Positions 9,300 to 19,704 are shown, numbered from the stretch's first letter. The stretch is DNA of 64,000 bases from an uncultured virus (IMG/VR IMGVR_UViG_3300047462_000385) (IMGVR_UViG_3300047462_000385:62001-126000); one strand, 5' to 3'. The notes: generated by a model not told the origin, from the sequence alone. Numbers and translations are program-made.

Positions 9300-10238
9300 A
9301 TGCAACAATTATGGAATAAAACCAGGTGTATTCCTAGCATAGATGAAAATGTTTTCAAATATGTCTTCGAAAAGGATAATGCTGTGGCGGAATCTGTCCT
9401 CTACAAATATCCAACTTTTGAAGCCAGAACAGTGGTTTGCTGTTCCACTCAAAGCGGTTGTCCAATTGGATGCCGATTCTGTGGTGCTGGTGACAGTTTC
9501 GTCCGCTCTTTAACAGCGGATGAGATTGTTTCGCAAACGGAACACCTGTTTGCCGATAAAGGCATTGACCCTACCAAGGTCCAGCGTATGCAAATCATGT
9601 TCATGAGCATGGGCGAGCCCATGCTCAATCTTAAGGAGCTGAATCCGGCAATTCGCAAGCTGCATTCATTGTATCCACAAGCCGCACTGCTGATTTCAAC
9701 TTCAGCTCCGCGTGTCGATTACCAACCAGTCATTGACATTTCCAAGGAAGTGGATAAGGTTGGTTTGCAGTTTTCCGTTCATGAAAGCACGGATGAAGCT
9801 CGCAATCAACTCATTCCGTTCCAAAAGAAATTAACTTTGGGAGAGATTGCTCGCCAAGGAACTCTGTGGGCAATGGAAGTTGGTCGCCAACCCTTCTTCA
9901 ACTACTGCGCTCATGAGAAAAACTCTTCGGCTGAAGATGCTGATAGACTCATGAAACTTTTTGATCCAAGCATTTGGCAAGCTACCATTTCAGTTATCTG
10001 CGAACGAGAGGAAACGGTTGCTGCTGCAAATGCACGTCAACGTGAATTAGCTGCTAATTTCCAGAGTCTATTATTGGAACGTGGTTTCTCTACGCGCATG
10101 TTTGATCCTGCTGGACAAGATGATGTCGGGAGTGGGTGCGGACAATTATGGATGACTCAATCTTGGATGAGAGATAATCCTCAGTTTGCAAGACCCTCAA
10201 TAGGTCGAGGATTACCAGTTATACATACTCCTAAATGA
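9300..10238 (+). CDS. RlmN/Cfr-family radical SAM RNA methyltransferase
   Basis: CSTQSGCPIGCRFC (CxxxCxxC plus upstream Cys), MSMGEP, SVH, GSGCGQL. Confidence 0.85.
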   Translation: MQQLWNKTRCIPSIDENVFKYVFEKDNAVAESVLYKYPTFEARTVVCCSTQSGCPIGCRFCGAGDSFVRSLTADEIVSQTEHLFADKGIDPTKVQRMQIMFMSMGEPMLNLKELNPAIRKLHSLYPQAALLISTSAPRVDYQPVIDISKEVDKVGLQFSVHESTDEARNQLIPFQKKLTLGEIARQGTLWAMEVGRQPFFNYCAHEKNSSAEDADRLMKLFDPSIWQATISVICEREETVAAANARQRELAANFQSLLLERGFSTRMFDPAGQDDVGSGCGQLWMTQSWMRDNPQFARPSIGRGLPVIHTPK

Positions 10239-10729
10239 CAGATAGACACATGATTGAAATTGTTACAGGTGACTTGCTAAATTCTAAAGAAAAATATATT
10301 GCACATCAATGCAATTGTTTGACACAGAATTCTGCTGGAACAGCCAAAGCTATTTTTGATAAGTTTCCTCATGCTAACACTTATGTCGCAAGGACTGAAC
10401 CAGATGCTCTTGGAACAATAAAAATATTGGGTGATGGTCAAGAGCAGCGATATGTCATCAACATGTTTGCTCAATACTATCCTGGCAAGCCCAAGTATCC
10501 CAAATCGACTTTGGATGGCATATTAGTTCGAGACAAATGTTTCCATAGGTGTTTGTTGCGAATTGCAGAGATTCCTGATTTGGAAAGCATCGCATTCCCA
10601 TGGAAAATTGGATGCAATCTTGGTGGTGGTATTTGGGAACACTATTTAGGCACGCTAACTAACTTCGCAAATTATCTTGAAGATAAGAATGTTCGTGTTG
10701 TAATTTATCGCAGAGAAGGTGATGAATGA
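10235..10729 (+). CDS. Macrodomain ADP-ribose hydrolase (TARG1/phage type)
   Basis: GDLL, IAHQCNC, VINMFAQY, IAFPWKIGCNLGGG.W. Confidence 0.85.
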   Translation: MTDRHMIEIVTGDLLNSKEKYIAHQCNCLTQNSAGTAKAIFDKFPHANTYVARTEPDALGTIKILGDGQEQRYVINMFAQYYPGKPKYPKSTLDGILVRDKCFHRCLLRIAEIPDLESIAFPWKIGCNLGGGIWEHYLGTLTNFANYLEDKNVRVVIYRREGDE

Positions 10730-11085
10730 GTAATGTATCTTGGGAAGATCCTCCATATGGCGACAGAGACGCATATCAAAAATTATGCGAAACATCAACT
10801 CCATCAGATTTTTATTTCTTAGTTAAAGGCGAGAGTTCGTTTGTTGAATCTCCAGGTGATACTCCGGAAAATTTTGTTATGGTTTTCATAACACCAAAAT
10901 TGTATTTTCACAAAGAAAATAATATGTGGGATCAGTCTAACGATCTTTCTGAGTGTATGGAAAGTGTTTGGGACAATGATGGCGATAGATCTGTCGAAGA
11001 AATTAGGCAGGATATGTTGGCACGCGGGTTTGAAGAAAACGAAGCTTTTACAAAACTGATTAACAGGGAATACGATGGCTATTAA
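10726..11085 (+). CDS. Acidic hypothetical protein
   Basis: ORF overlapping both neighbours in the operon. Confidence 0.6.
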   Translation: MSNVSWEDPPYGDRDAYQKLCETSTPSDFYFLVKGESSFVESPGDTPENFVMVFITPKLYFHKENNMWDQSNDLSECMESVWDNDGDRSVEEIRQDMLARGFEENEAFTKLINREYDGY

Positions 11086-11518
11086 ATTTTATAAGACCAA
11101 TGAACCATATGGATTTCTGAATAACTTCAAGAAAGCCAGAATGTTTATAGTTGGTCCGGGTGGCGGGCGCTGGTGTGACAATGTTGAAACGGCTTATCAA
11201 GCTGCCAAAACTGTTATCCTAGAAGACGAAGAAATGATTTGGGCAGCTAAGACTCCTCGCGAAGCTCGTGATCTTGGACAGAAAATAAAACTTCGTGGTG
11301 ATTGGAACCATGTCAAAGATGATGTTATGTATCAGTGTGTTCTAGCTAAATTTCTACAACATGCAGACTTGCGCGCCGAACTAATGGCTACTGGCAATGA
11401 AGAGCTTATTGAAGATTCGCCCGTGGACTGGTACTGGGGATGTGGCAAAGATGGTACAGGCAAAAATATGCTTGGCAAGACTTTGATGAGGGTCCGTAAA
11501 GAATTACAGGGAGAGTAA
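11075..11518 (+). CDS. NADAR (YbiA/DUF1768) family hydrolase
   Basis: YGFLNNF, ETAYQAAK, AKFLQH, IEDSPVDWYWG, GKNMLGKTLM. Confidence 0.92.
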   Translation: MAIKFYKTNEPYGFLNNFKKARMFIVGPGGGRWCDNVETAYQAAKTVILEDEEMIWAAKTPREARDLGQKIKLRGDWNHVKDDVMYQCVLAKFLQHADLRAELMATGNEELIEDSPVDWYWGCGKDGTGKNMLGKTLMRVRKELQGE

Positions 11519-11694
11519 TGATTTATTTCTTGCTTTACCTTTTGATTGGATTATTTGTGGGACATGCTTTAACAAAATTCTTGCGTGTCTATTACGATTT
11601 TTGGTTTATGTTTTGGGCAGCCATAATTTGGCCAATATTTGCGGTTATAGCCATAATCGGATTCTCAGTTGATTGGCTAAATAAACACTTGTGA
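11518..11694 (+). CDS. Small two-TM membrane protein (not in ORF track)
   Basis: ATG overlaps NADAR stop (TAATG); MIYFLLYLLIGLFVGH...WLNKHL. Confidence 0.55.
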   Translation: MIYFLLYLLIGLFVGHALTKFLRVYYDFWFMFWAAIIWPIFAVIAIIGFSVDWLNKHL

Positions 11695-11716
11695 TTATTT
11701 TTATAATTACTACCCC

Positions 11717-11744
11717 TTGCTTTTAATTTCAAAGAATTTACTAT
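11717..11744 (+). promoter_or_regulatory. sigma70-type promoter
   Basis: TTGCTT-16nt-TACTAT; spacer resembles those at 30921 and 36894. Confidence 0.55.
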
Positions 11745-11767
11745 ACAAAATACAGGAGATCTGAAAA

Positions 11768-12244
11768 ATGCAAACGTTGGAAGATATTGTTGATGATGTG
11801 CTCGAAGGTTTGGTACAGGATGAGGTTTTGTTCACTGCGCTGGATGTCAGCAATAAAGTGAAACTGGCGATGCCAAATGCGCGTCACCGTGAAGTTAGAG
11901 ACATGGTTCGTTCCAAATTTACTAGCCACATTGAGCCACATGGTTGGGCGCGAAGTCCCATTACTGTGACCTTGGCTGATGGTTCGCAGGTTGAAGCGTT
12001 ATTGTATCATCCATTGTCTGCCTCTTGGGATTTGGATACGGCATATGATGACCAAAAACGAACTCAAGTTTCGGCTAGAATTACAGTTCCAGTTCCTGCA
12101 AGTGTTGCTTCTGATGGAACTGTAAGTGTTAACCCTCCAGTTAGCATGACTGCTCCAACGGTTACTCCACCGGCTGTTATGCCAGCTAAGGACCTTTGGG
12201 ATCAAATGTTTAACTCTCAACCGTCTCTCTTTCCACGAAAATGA
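11768..12244 (+). CDS. Hypothetical protein with Pro/Val/Thr-rich tail
   Basis: 158 aa ORF preceded by AGGAG. Confidence 0.7.
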   Translation: MQTLEDIVDDVLEGLVQDEVLFTALDVSNKVKLAMPNARHREVRDMVRSKFTSHIEPHGWARSPITVTLADGSQVEALLYHPLSASWDLDTAYDDQKRTQVSARITVPVPASVASDGTVSVNPPVSMTAPTVTPPAVMPAKDLWDQMFNSQPSLFPRK

Positions 12245-12471
12245 GAGCCACATTCAAAGGAGAGATTGACTCCTTTAAAGTTAATGGTGGCGACGTTACT
12301 ATTGAATTCAAAACCAATGATGGCAGCGTAGAAACCAAAAACATTGCAGCTAAATCAGCTGCAATTGAGGGAACCCTTACAGTCAAAAAATTGGCTGCTC
12401 AAGGCGTTAGGATGGGTTCGAAAATCAAAATAGAAGTTACTTTTGCTGAATCTTTTGAAGGCGAAGAGTAA
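12241..12471 (+). CDS. Hypothetical protein
   Basis: ATGA overlap with upstream gene. Confidence 0.6.
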   Translation: MRATFKGEIDSFKVNGGDVTIEFKTNDGSVETKNIAAKSAAIEGTLTVKKLAAQGVRMGSKIKIEVTFAESFEGEE

Positions 12472-13071
12472 TTATTTTTTGACCGGAGGAATGTAAGTGT
12501 CTTCTTGCGGCGGAATATTCGATGGAACGAAAACAGGAGAAACTGTTTTTAGATCTTTTGGTTCTTCTGGTATCCCGCTTGGTCCAGTGATTAGCGGATT
12601 TTCCGTCATGTACTGTTCTAGTCTGCTAGCTAGCTCTTTAAGCAACTTTAGGCTTTTAACTTGAACTTGCTGCAACATTGATCCGGTCTGAGTATCTATT
12701 TCATTCTTCTGCATATGATGTTGGATTAGAAAATCTAGATTGTCTATGATTGAACGATGCGGGCGCTGCTTGACATATTGCACTAACTTGTCGGCGGCGA
12801 CATATGGATCTTTTACATCCAACTGTTTGGAGATATCGATCAAATCGTACCAAACTTGAAAGAAAGATTTCAAAAGGTTTTTGGGGAAATCTTTCTCTTT
12901 TAATGTCCTTAGATCTCCCTCCATCTCGTTAAGCATAACTCTAAACTTCATGTGCAAGTCATGATAGAATTGCTCTAGCTTTTCTCTTTGAAGACGAAAC
13001 TGTTCGTTTCTGTCTAAAGTAGAAGTATCAGCTAATTTCTTGATTCGGGCGAGCAGGATTTTACTGGACAT
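12472..13071 (-). CDS. Hypothetical helical protein
   Basis: 199 aa ORF with no competing ORF. Confidence 0.7.
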   Translation of the reverse strand: MSSKILLARIKKLADTSTLDRNEQFRLQREKLEQFYHDLHMKFRVMLNEMEGDLRTLKEKDFPKNLLKSFFQVWYDLIDISKQLDVKDPYVAADKLVQYVKQRPHRSIIDNLDFLIQHHMQKNEIDTQTGSMLQQVQVKSLKLLKELASRLEQYMTENPLITGPSGIPEEPKDLKTVSPVFVPSNIPPQEDTYIPPVKK

Positions 13072-13080
13072 AGTAGTAAT

Positions 13081-13689
13081 ATGAAAATATTGACTTTACA
13101 ACAATTGTGGTCACATTGTCTATTCTGTCCCGTCTGTCAAGATATTACGAGATCCATCTATATTTCAGTTGGTCCCGATGAAGCTACAGAGCTACAATCC
13201 TTCAAAAAGGATAATCATATCCTGCACTTACATTGCCAACTTAATTTGGGTAATAGAAAGTTTTTCAACAAATATCAAATTAATTGTTTGGATAACAGTT
13301 TTACATTTGATATATCGGAACCTGAGCTGTCGGAGCGCAGTGTTACTCGCGCATCTTCAGCTTATTTTTATTTCATAATCAATAGCGATTGCCGCAAATG
13401 CAATTCGTCTTATTCGAATAGCGGCGATTTAGAATTTGATTTCTTAAACCATAAAATTACTAATGTTGGAATCGAGCGAGATAGCGTTTATCTTTTAAAT
13501 CAAAAAGATAAATTTCACATTACCACAATGTATCTCGATAAAGAGATGATTATTTCTCAGTGCTATCAAGATGATGATGGTGGCATTATAGATGATAATA
13601 AACCATTTACTCTTCCAATAATTTCTTTTGATTATTCAAAGCCACGTAAAGTAGTTAATAAAATCAAAACATTGTTAGTATTTAGTTGA
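13081..13689 (+). CDS. Hypothetical protein with two CxxC pairs
   Basis: CPVC, CRKC; ends KIKTLLVFS. Confidence 0.7.
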   Translation: MKILTLQQLWSHCLFCPVCQDITRSIYISVGPDEATELQSFKKDNHILHLHCQLNLGNRKFFNKYQINCLDNSFTFDISEPELSERSVTRASSAYFYFIINSDCRKCNSSYSNSGDLEFDFLNHKITNVGIERDSVYLLNQKDKFHITTMYLDKEMIISQCYQDDDGGIIDDNKPFTLPIISFDYSKPRKVVNKIKTLLVFS

Positions 13690-13696
13690 GGTTCAT

Positions 13697-13900
13697 ATGT
13701 CTACCTTTAAAGAAGCCAATCAAGTTCGTTTGCAACTTAAAATGCAACTTTCAGTACACTCTTGGTATAGTTCCAGCACAGTCATTTCTGATGATGATGG
13801 TTATGCTGTGGTAGTGCTAGTTAAACGGCTAGATAATAAAACAAGAAAAATTATACCGCCCGTTATTGATGGAATTAGTGTAAGAACAGAACAAGAATGA
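13697..13900 (+). CDS. Hypothetical protein
   Basis: GAGG RBS, operon packing. Confidence 0.6.
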   Translation: MSTFKEANQVRLQLKMQLSVHSWYSSSTVISDDDGYAVVVLVKRLDNKTRKIIPPVIDGISVRTEQE

Positions 13901-14121
13901 ATCCTAACATTCCAGAAAAATGCAATGGCTGTGGAAAGCCTATATTGTTAGAAAATTTGTATGTGGATGACGGCTGCCCATGCAATACTCCGCGTGGCGT
14001 CAATTTTAAGCAAGCACAGTGTTCAACCTGCAATACTGACAATTGTGTCAAACCTGGACACCGTTTGATGGCATTGTTTGGTGGTATTGTTGCGTATGTT
14101 AAGAATGATATGAAAAGGTAA
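13897..14121 (+). CDS. Cys-rich hypothetical protein
   Basis: CNGCG...DGCPCNTPRG...CSTC. Confidence 0.6.
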   Translation: MNPNIPEKCNGCGKPILLENLYVDDGCPCNTPRGVNFKQAQCSTCNTDNCVKPGHRLMALFGGIVAYVKNDMKR

Positions 14122-14126
14122 CGAAA

Positions 14127-14771
14127 ATGAAAATAGTATGTATTTCCGACACACATGAGCAAGAAGAGAAAATTCTTTTGCCGCCAGGCGATGTGCTTGT
14201 TCATGCTGGTGACATTACCTATCGTGGTGATATTGGCAAGCTATCCAAATTTTTGCGCTGGATGAGTGCCCAAAACTTCCAAAGTAAGATTATCATCTCT
14301 GGTAATCATGATTGGTGTTTCCAAAACAATAGCCGAAATATTGCGCTCAGATTGTGCGAAGAAAATGAAATCACCTATCTTCAAGACAGTGGTGTCAAGA
14401 TTGGTGGCATTAACTTTTGGGGAAGCCCTTGGCAGCCTTGGTTTCATAACTGGGCTTTCAATGCCATGAGGGGCAAGGATATTGCTCATCATTGGGCAAA
14501 GATTCCCGAGGATACCAATGTCCTGATTACACATGGTCCAGTTATGAATGTATTGGATGCAGCTCCACGTGGTGTTGCTGACGTAGAGCACGTGGGCTGT
14601 GAAGAGTTAGCAAAGCGTATTACAGAGTTGCCTAATCTAAAGGCTCATATCTGTGGACATATTCACTATGGATATGGCAAAATGCAACTTGCTAATGTGC
14701 AATTTGTTAATGCATCATGCTGTACCGAAGCATATGCTCCAACTAACCCTCCGATTACAATTGAGGTGTAA
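14127..14771 (+). CDS. Metallophosphoesterase (MPPED-like)
   Basis: SDTH, HAGD, GNHD, THGP, CGHIH. Confidence 0.9.
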   Translation: MKIVCISDTHEQEEKILLPPGDVLVHAGDITYRGDIGKLSKFLRWMSAQNFQSKIIISGNHDWCFQNNSRNIALRLCEENEITYLQDSGVKIGGINFWGSPWQPWFHNWAFNAMRGKDIAHHWAKIPEDTNVLITHGPVMNVLDAAPRGVADVEHVGCEELAKRITELPNLKAHICGHIHYGYGKMQLANVQFVNASCCTEAYAPTNPPITIEV

Positions 14772-14918
14772 TGTGTTTTTAACAAAATTTCAAATGGAAA
14801 GACTTACTACTGCAAGATTGTTGGCTTATAAGAATAAGCTGATTACTAAGTCCCACCCTTCGTGGCAGGAAGCTTATAAAAATATCAAAGAAGTATTGAC
14901 TACTAGAGAGCATGTAGA

Positions 14919-15382
14919 ATGAAAGTCAAGCCGAAAGAAGTCTTACTTAATCTTCCAATTGTATTAATGTTCGATGACGGTACCAAAATTGCCGAATTTG
15001 CATCGAACATTAATACATTAATACATTGATTCATGGCAAAGTAAGAGTCAAAGTAGAAGAATTGGGCACGCTGGGCGGACAATTTGTCGGCATGTTCTAT
15101 CTACAACGTAATGGCGAATTTACAGAATTGAGTGAGCAGTTTATGCAAATGATTGAGCAAGAGCAACTAGGTATGCCTCCTCCTGAAGAAGGTGCAGACG
15201 ATGAGGAAGATAACCTAGATGAAGAGTTATCTTCCAAATATGATCCCTTCTATGGTGATGAGCTTCCATGTGAATGCGATCATCCATATTATCGCCACTT
15301 TGATAGTTATGATGAAATGGCTCCAGTGGGCTGCAAATACTGTGGCGTAGATGAATGTCCAGGATTTAGAGCGAAAAAATGA
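14919..15382 (+). pseudogene. Hypothetical gene frameshifted by an 8-bp tandem duplication
   Basis: ACATTAAT repeated at 15007-15022; removing one copy joins MKVKPKE... in frame to the 15026-15382 ORF. Confidence 0.7.
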
Positions 15383-15756
15383 TTGGAGTGAAAATTAGAA
15401 GACGCTCACAATTTCCTAAATGTATTCGACACTTCAAAGAAGTTAGGGGAATTTGTATTGGTGAATGTGTAGAAAAATGTGAAATTAATAAGCATCATGC
15501 GGCACATGCACATTGCAATCATAATGATTATCCTGGTTGGATATGTTTGCGCCGTAAAACGCAATTAAGAGAAAAATTTACACTGCTACATGAGGTTGCA
15601 CATATTATTAGCTGTACTTCTAATAATATTCCATATCATGGTAAAAAATGGAGAGAAGTTGTTGTGGCAATTGGTGGCACATACCAATCATATAAGTCTT
15701 ACTGCAAACGATACATATACAAAGATTATTCACCAAGAAAACGAACTCCTAAATGA
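15379..15756 (+). CDS. SprT-like zinc metallopeptidase
   Basis: LLHEVAH...HGKKW. Confidence 0.6.
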   Translation: MIGVKIRRRSQFPKCIRHFKEVRGICIGECVEKCEINKHHAAHAHCNHNDYPGWICLRRKTQLREKFTLLHEVAHIISCTSNNIPYHGKKWREVVVAIGGTYQSYKSYCKRYIYKDYSPRKRTPK

Positions 15757-16223
15757 TAATAGCATTTACTGGACATCGACCTGACAAACTCGGCGGATAT
15801 AAGATTCCCAATCCAACTTATATTCGTGTTTGTAAGAAAATTGATGCCAAGCTCCGTGAACTAAAACCTGATAGAGTCATCTCTGGAATGGCTTTAGGTA
15901 TAGATCAATGGGCAGCTTTCATTGCTATTAAATTAAATATTCCCTTTACCGCAGCCGTGCCTTTTGAAAACCAAGATAATGCTTGGCCATTTCATTCACA
16001 ATACATTTACAGAATGTTATTGAGATTCGCAATTGAAAAAGTTGTTGTTTCTCCTGGCGGATATTCTGCGGCAAAAATGCAGATTCGCAATCAATGGATG
16101 GTGGACCATTGCGATATCTTAATCGCAATTTGGGACGGAACAGCAGGTGGTACTGCTAATTGTATCAATTATGCGAAATCTATTGGTAAGCAAATCATCT
16201 TTATCGACCCTAATGGAGAATAA
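15753..16223 (+). CDS. SLOG/YspA (DUF1273) family protein
   Basis: AFTGHRP, SGMALGID, RNQWMVD, WDG..GGT. Confidence 0.85.
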   Translation: MIIAFTGHRPDKLGGYKIPNPTYIRVCKKIDAKLRELKPDRVISGMALGIDQWAAFIAIKLNIPFTAAVPFENQDNAWPFHSQYIYRMLLRFAIEKVVVSPGGYSAAKMQIRNQWMVDHCDILIAIWDGTAGGTANCINYAKSIGKQIIFIDPNGE

Positions 16224-17456
16224 ATGAGTGTCTATAAGCCTAATGAATTCCGTGTTTACTCTAAGCAAGATGTGGATAAATTAAGGGGTTCCTTTCAAAT
16301 CGAGTATACAATAGCAAAATTAGGTTGTGAAAGATTGTGGACTCTGTTTAATGTAGATCCATATGTAAAAGCTTTGGGAGCTTTAACTGGTAACCAGGCA
16401 GTTCAACAAGTAAAAGCTGGGCTCCATGCGATTTATCTTTCGGGCTGGCAAGTAGCGGCAGATGCTAATCTAGCTGGTCAAATGTATCCTGACCAATCTT
16501 TGTATCCTGCTAATAGCGTTCCAAGTGTTGTCAAAAAGATTAACTCAGCACTTCTTAGGGCTGATCAGATAGAGAGCGCGGAGGGATGTCCTCAAAGATA
16601 TTGGCTTGCTCCTATCGTAGCTGATGCCGAGGCAGGCTTTGGTGGACCTCTTAATTCTTTTGAATTAATGAAGGGTATGATTGAGGCGGGAGCTGCTGGC
16701 GTACATTTCGAGGATCAATTATCTTCTGAAAAGAAGTGCGGTCATATGGGCGGCAAGGTATTAGTCCCCATGAATCAATTTATAAAATCATTAGTCGCTG
16801 CTCGCCTAGCTGCCGATATCTGCGGTACCAGAACTATTATCATTGCCCGTACAGATGCCGATTCAGCCAAATTAATTACTACAGATGCTGACGAAAGAGA
16901 TCGTCCCTTCATTGTATCTTCTGAGCGTACCGACGAAGGTTTTTTCAAAATTAAGAATGGTGTAGAGTATTGTATTGCCCGAGGCTTGGCTTATGCGCCT
17001 TATGCGGATATGTTGTGGATGGAAACTTCTACGCCCGATATTGGTCAAGCTAAAGAGTTTGCAGATGAAATTCATAAAAATTTCCCAAACATGCCCTTGG
17101 CTTATAATTGCTCTCCTTCTTTCAATTGGAAAAAGAATTTATCAGAATCTCAAATTGCTTCTTTCCAAGATGAACTAGGAGCATTAGGATATAAATTCCA
17201 ATTCGTCACTTTGGCAGGATTTCATGCTCTAAATCATTCAATGTTTACTTTAGCGCAGGCATATAAGACAAGTGGCATGAGTGCCTACTCATCTTTGCAA
17301 GAAGCTGAATTCGAAAATGTCGCAGCGGGATATACAGCAGTAAAACACCAACGCGAGGTTGGTGCAAATTATTTTGACCAAATTTCCACTGTAATTTCTT
17401 CAGGCAGCTCTTCTACTTTAGCACTTCCTGACAGTACTGAAAAAGATCAGTTTTAA
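16224..17456 (+). CDS. aceA: Isocitrate lyase
   Basis: [18 protein letters not shown], catalytic EDQ...[28 protein letters not shown]. Confidence 0.98.
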   Translation: MSVYKPNEFRVYSKQDVDKLRGSFQIEYTIAKLGCERLWTLFNVDPYVKALGALTGNQAVQQVKAGLHAIYLSGWQVAADANLAGQMYPDQSLYPANSVPSVVKKINSALLRADQIESAEGCPQRYWLAPIVADAEAGFGGPLNSFELMKGMIEAGAAGVHFEDQLSSEKKCGHMGGKVLVPMNQFIKSLVAARLAADICGTRTIIIARTDADSAKLITTDADERDRPFIVSSERTDEGFFKIKNGVEYCIARGLAYAPYADMLWMETSTPDIGQAKEFADEIHKNFPNMPLAYNCSPSFNWKKNLSESQIASFQDELGALGYKFQFVTLAGFHALNHSMFTLAQAYKTSGMSAYSSLQEAEFENVAAGYTAVKHQREVGANYFDQISTVISSGSSSTLALPDSTEKDQF

Positions 17457-17494
17457 TATCATCAACGTGCCTATCAATACTTCTGTATGATGGC

Positions 17495-17972
17495 ATGAAA
17501 AATACAAAAATATGTGGCGTCTGCAAAGAGGAAAAATCTGTTTCTGATTTTTTATTGTTTTAAGGATAATAGAAATAAGGGCGGTAAAGGTATTTATACT
17601 AAATATCTTTGTAAAAAATGCGACAAGAAAAATGGATTGAAGCAAAAAGAAAAGTCTCGTCGCAGGAAGAGACAGTTTTTATGGGAATATAAAAAATCTC
17701 ATCCGTGTGTAGACTGCGGTGAAAGTAATCCAATTTGTCTACAATTCGATCACGTGAGTGATATTAAGTTTATGAATGTAGGAATTTTGGCGAATGGTGG
17801 ACATTCTCTTCTACTACTTAAAAAAGAAATTGAAAAGTGCGTAATAAGGTGTGCCAGTTGTCATATGAAGAAGACTGCGAAAGACCAAAATTGGTATGAA
17901 GCAGAGCTTCGAATTGAAGGCTGTTCCATTGATGAATGGAATCAAAAATTTTCTAAAGCAGTTCTAAAATGA
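17495..17972 (+). pseudogene. HNH-type endonuclease with +1 frameshift in T6 run (or sequencing indel)
   Basis: MKNTKICGVCKEEK from ATG 17495 joins CVDCG...FDH...CASCH if one T of 17548-17553 is removed. Confidence 0.7.
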
Positions 17973-19540
17973 GAATAGAGATAGTTAATTTAGATAAATA
18001 TAAAGACACCATATTAACAGATGAAGCAATCTTTTTTGTGGTTGATTTGGTAAATAGGTTTGCGCCAAGAGTCAATGAGATATTATTTTCTCGCCAGGCA
18101 AGACAAGCCCTGTTGGATAGACATGATTTGCTCCCATACTTCTTACCAAATACCGCACACATCCGTGGTTCGGATTGGACTGTAGCTTCATTGCCTGCTG
18201 ACTTATTAGATAGGCGAGTAGAGATTACGGGACCAACCGAACGCAAAATGATCATCAATGCCCTTAATTCGGGCGCTAATGTGTTCATGGCTGACCTAGA
18301 AGACTCTAACTCTCCTACATGGGAAAACATGATGCAAGGTCAGGTTAACTTGATGGATGCCGTCCGTCGCACCATAACCTTCACATCAGACGCAGGTAAA
18401 GACTACAAACTCAATGAAAAAACTGCTGTCTTGATGGTCAGACCGCGTGGTTGGCATTTAGTCGAAAAGAACTTTATGTTAGACAATATGCCCATTCCAG
18501 CAGCTCTATTGGATTTTGGTTTATACTTTTTCCACAATGTTAAAGAATTGATGGAAAGAGGAACTGCTCCTTATTTTTACCTTCCTAAAATGGAAAGTTA
18601 TTTGGAAGCTCGTCTATGGAATGATATTTTTGTTTATTCTCAAAAGAAATTCAAAATTCCAAAAGGCACAATTAAAGCAACTTGTTTAATTGAAAACATC
18701 TATGCCGCATTTGAAATGAATGAATTTCTATGGGAATTAAAAGATCATTCAGCTGGCTTGAATTGCGGGCGTTGGGATTATCTTTTCAGCTTTATTAAAA
18801 AGTTTGCGAATAAACCGGAATTTATTCTACCCGATCGCGCTCAATTGACAATGGACAAAGGATTTCTTAATGCGTATGTCCAGCTCCTAATTCAGACTTG
18901 CCATAAGAGAAATGTCCATGCTATGGGCGGTATGGCTGCACAGATTCCAATTAAGGACGATCCAAAAGCCAATGAAGCTGCTATGGCTAAAGTAAAGGCT
19001 GACAAGCTACGCGAGGTCAAAGCTGGTCATGATGGAACGTGGGTAGCCCATCCTGGATTGGTTCCAGTAGCTCGTCAAATTTTTGACGAATACATGCCTC
19101 ACTCTAATCAAATTGGCAACATTCACTATTCAACAGTGACTGAACAAGATTTACTGGCTGTACCAGAAGGGACTTGTACTGAAGCTGGTTTACGTTATAA
19201 CATTCGCGTCGGCATCCGTTATTTGGCAGCATGGTTGTCCGGACAAGGCTGTGTCCCAATTTATAACTTAATGGAGGACGCTGCAACGGCAGAAATATCC
19301 CGCTCCCAGGTTTGGCAGTGGTTGCGACATAAGGTGGCAATAGTAACTGCCGATGAAGATAAACAAACACTAACTAAAGATTGGTTTCTAGAAATGGTTG
19401 ATGAGGAAATGATAACTCTTCAAAAAGAAACTAAGGATTTTGATAATGGATATAAAGCGCGTGATCTGTTTGTTTCATTATCTACAGCTGAACGATTCGA
19501 AGAATTTTTAACAACGGCAGCTTACCATTTCTTAAAATAA
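17969..19540 (+). CDS. aceB: Malate synthase A
   Basis: DRRVEITGP, MADLED, VRPRGWHL, LNCGRWDY, AMGGMAAQIP, GHDGTWVAHP, MEDAATAEISR. Confidence 0.98.
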   Translation: MRIEIVNLDKYKDTILTDEAIFFVVDLVNRFAPRVNEILFSRQARQALLDRHDLLPYFLPNTAHIRGSDWTVASLPADLLDRRVEITGPTERKMIINALNSGANVFMADLEDSNSPTWENMMQGQVNLMDAVRRTITFTSDAGKDYKLNEKTAVLMVRPRGWHLVEKNFMLDNMPIPAALLDFGLYFFHNVKELMERGTAPYFYLPKMESYLEARLWNDIFVYSQKKFKIPKGTIKATCLIENIYAAFEMNEFLWELKDHSAGLNCGRWDYLFSFIKKFANKPEFILPDRAQLTMDKGFLNAYVQLLIQTCHKRNVHAMGGMAAQIPIKDDPKANEAAMAKVKADKLREVKAGHDGTWVAHPGLVPVARQIFDEYMPHSNQIGNIHYSTVTEQDLLAVPEGTCTEAGLRYNIRVGIRYLAAWLSGQGCVPIYNLMEDAATAEISRSQVWQWLRHKVAIVTADEDKQTLTKDWFLEMVDEEMITLQKETKDFDNGYKARDLFVSLSTAERFEEFLTTAAYHFLK

Positions 19541-19546
19541 TCACGC

Positions 19547-19574
19547 TTGACACTCTAACTATAGTGGTTATATT
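19547..19574 (+). promoter_or_regulatory. sigma70-type promoter for tRNA-Leu(CAA)
   Basis: TTGACA-16nt-TATATT. Confidence 0.65.
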
Positions 19575-19596
19575 AATATTTTGGTATAGTCTTACT

Positions 19597-19683
19597 GGTC
19601 GTGTGGCGGAATAGGCAGACGCGGCAGTCTCAAAAACTGTTGGGAGCAATCCCGTGTGGGTTCGATTCCCACCATGACCACCA
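19597..19683 (+). tRNA. tRNA-Leu(CAA)
   Basis: Cloverleaf; GCAGT-CTCAAAA-ACTGT; long variable arm; encoded CCA. Confidence 0.95.
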
Positions 19684-19704
19684 TTAATTTTAAAATTGTC
19701 AGTC

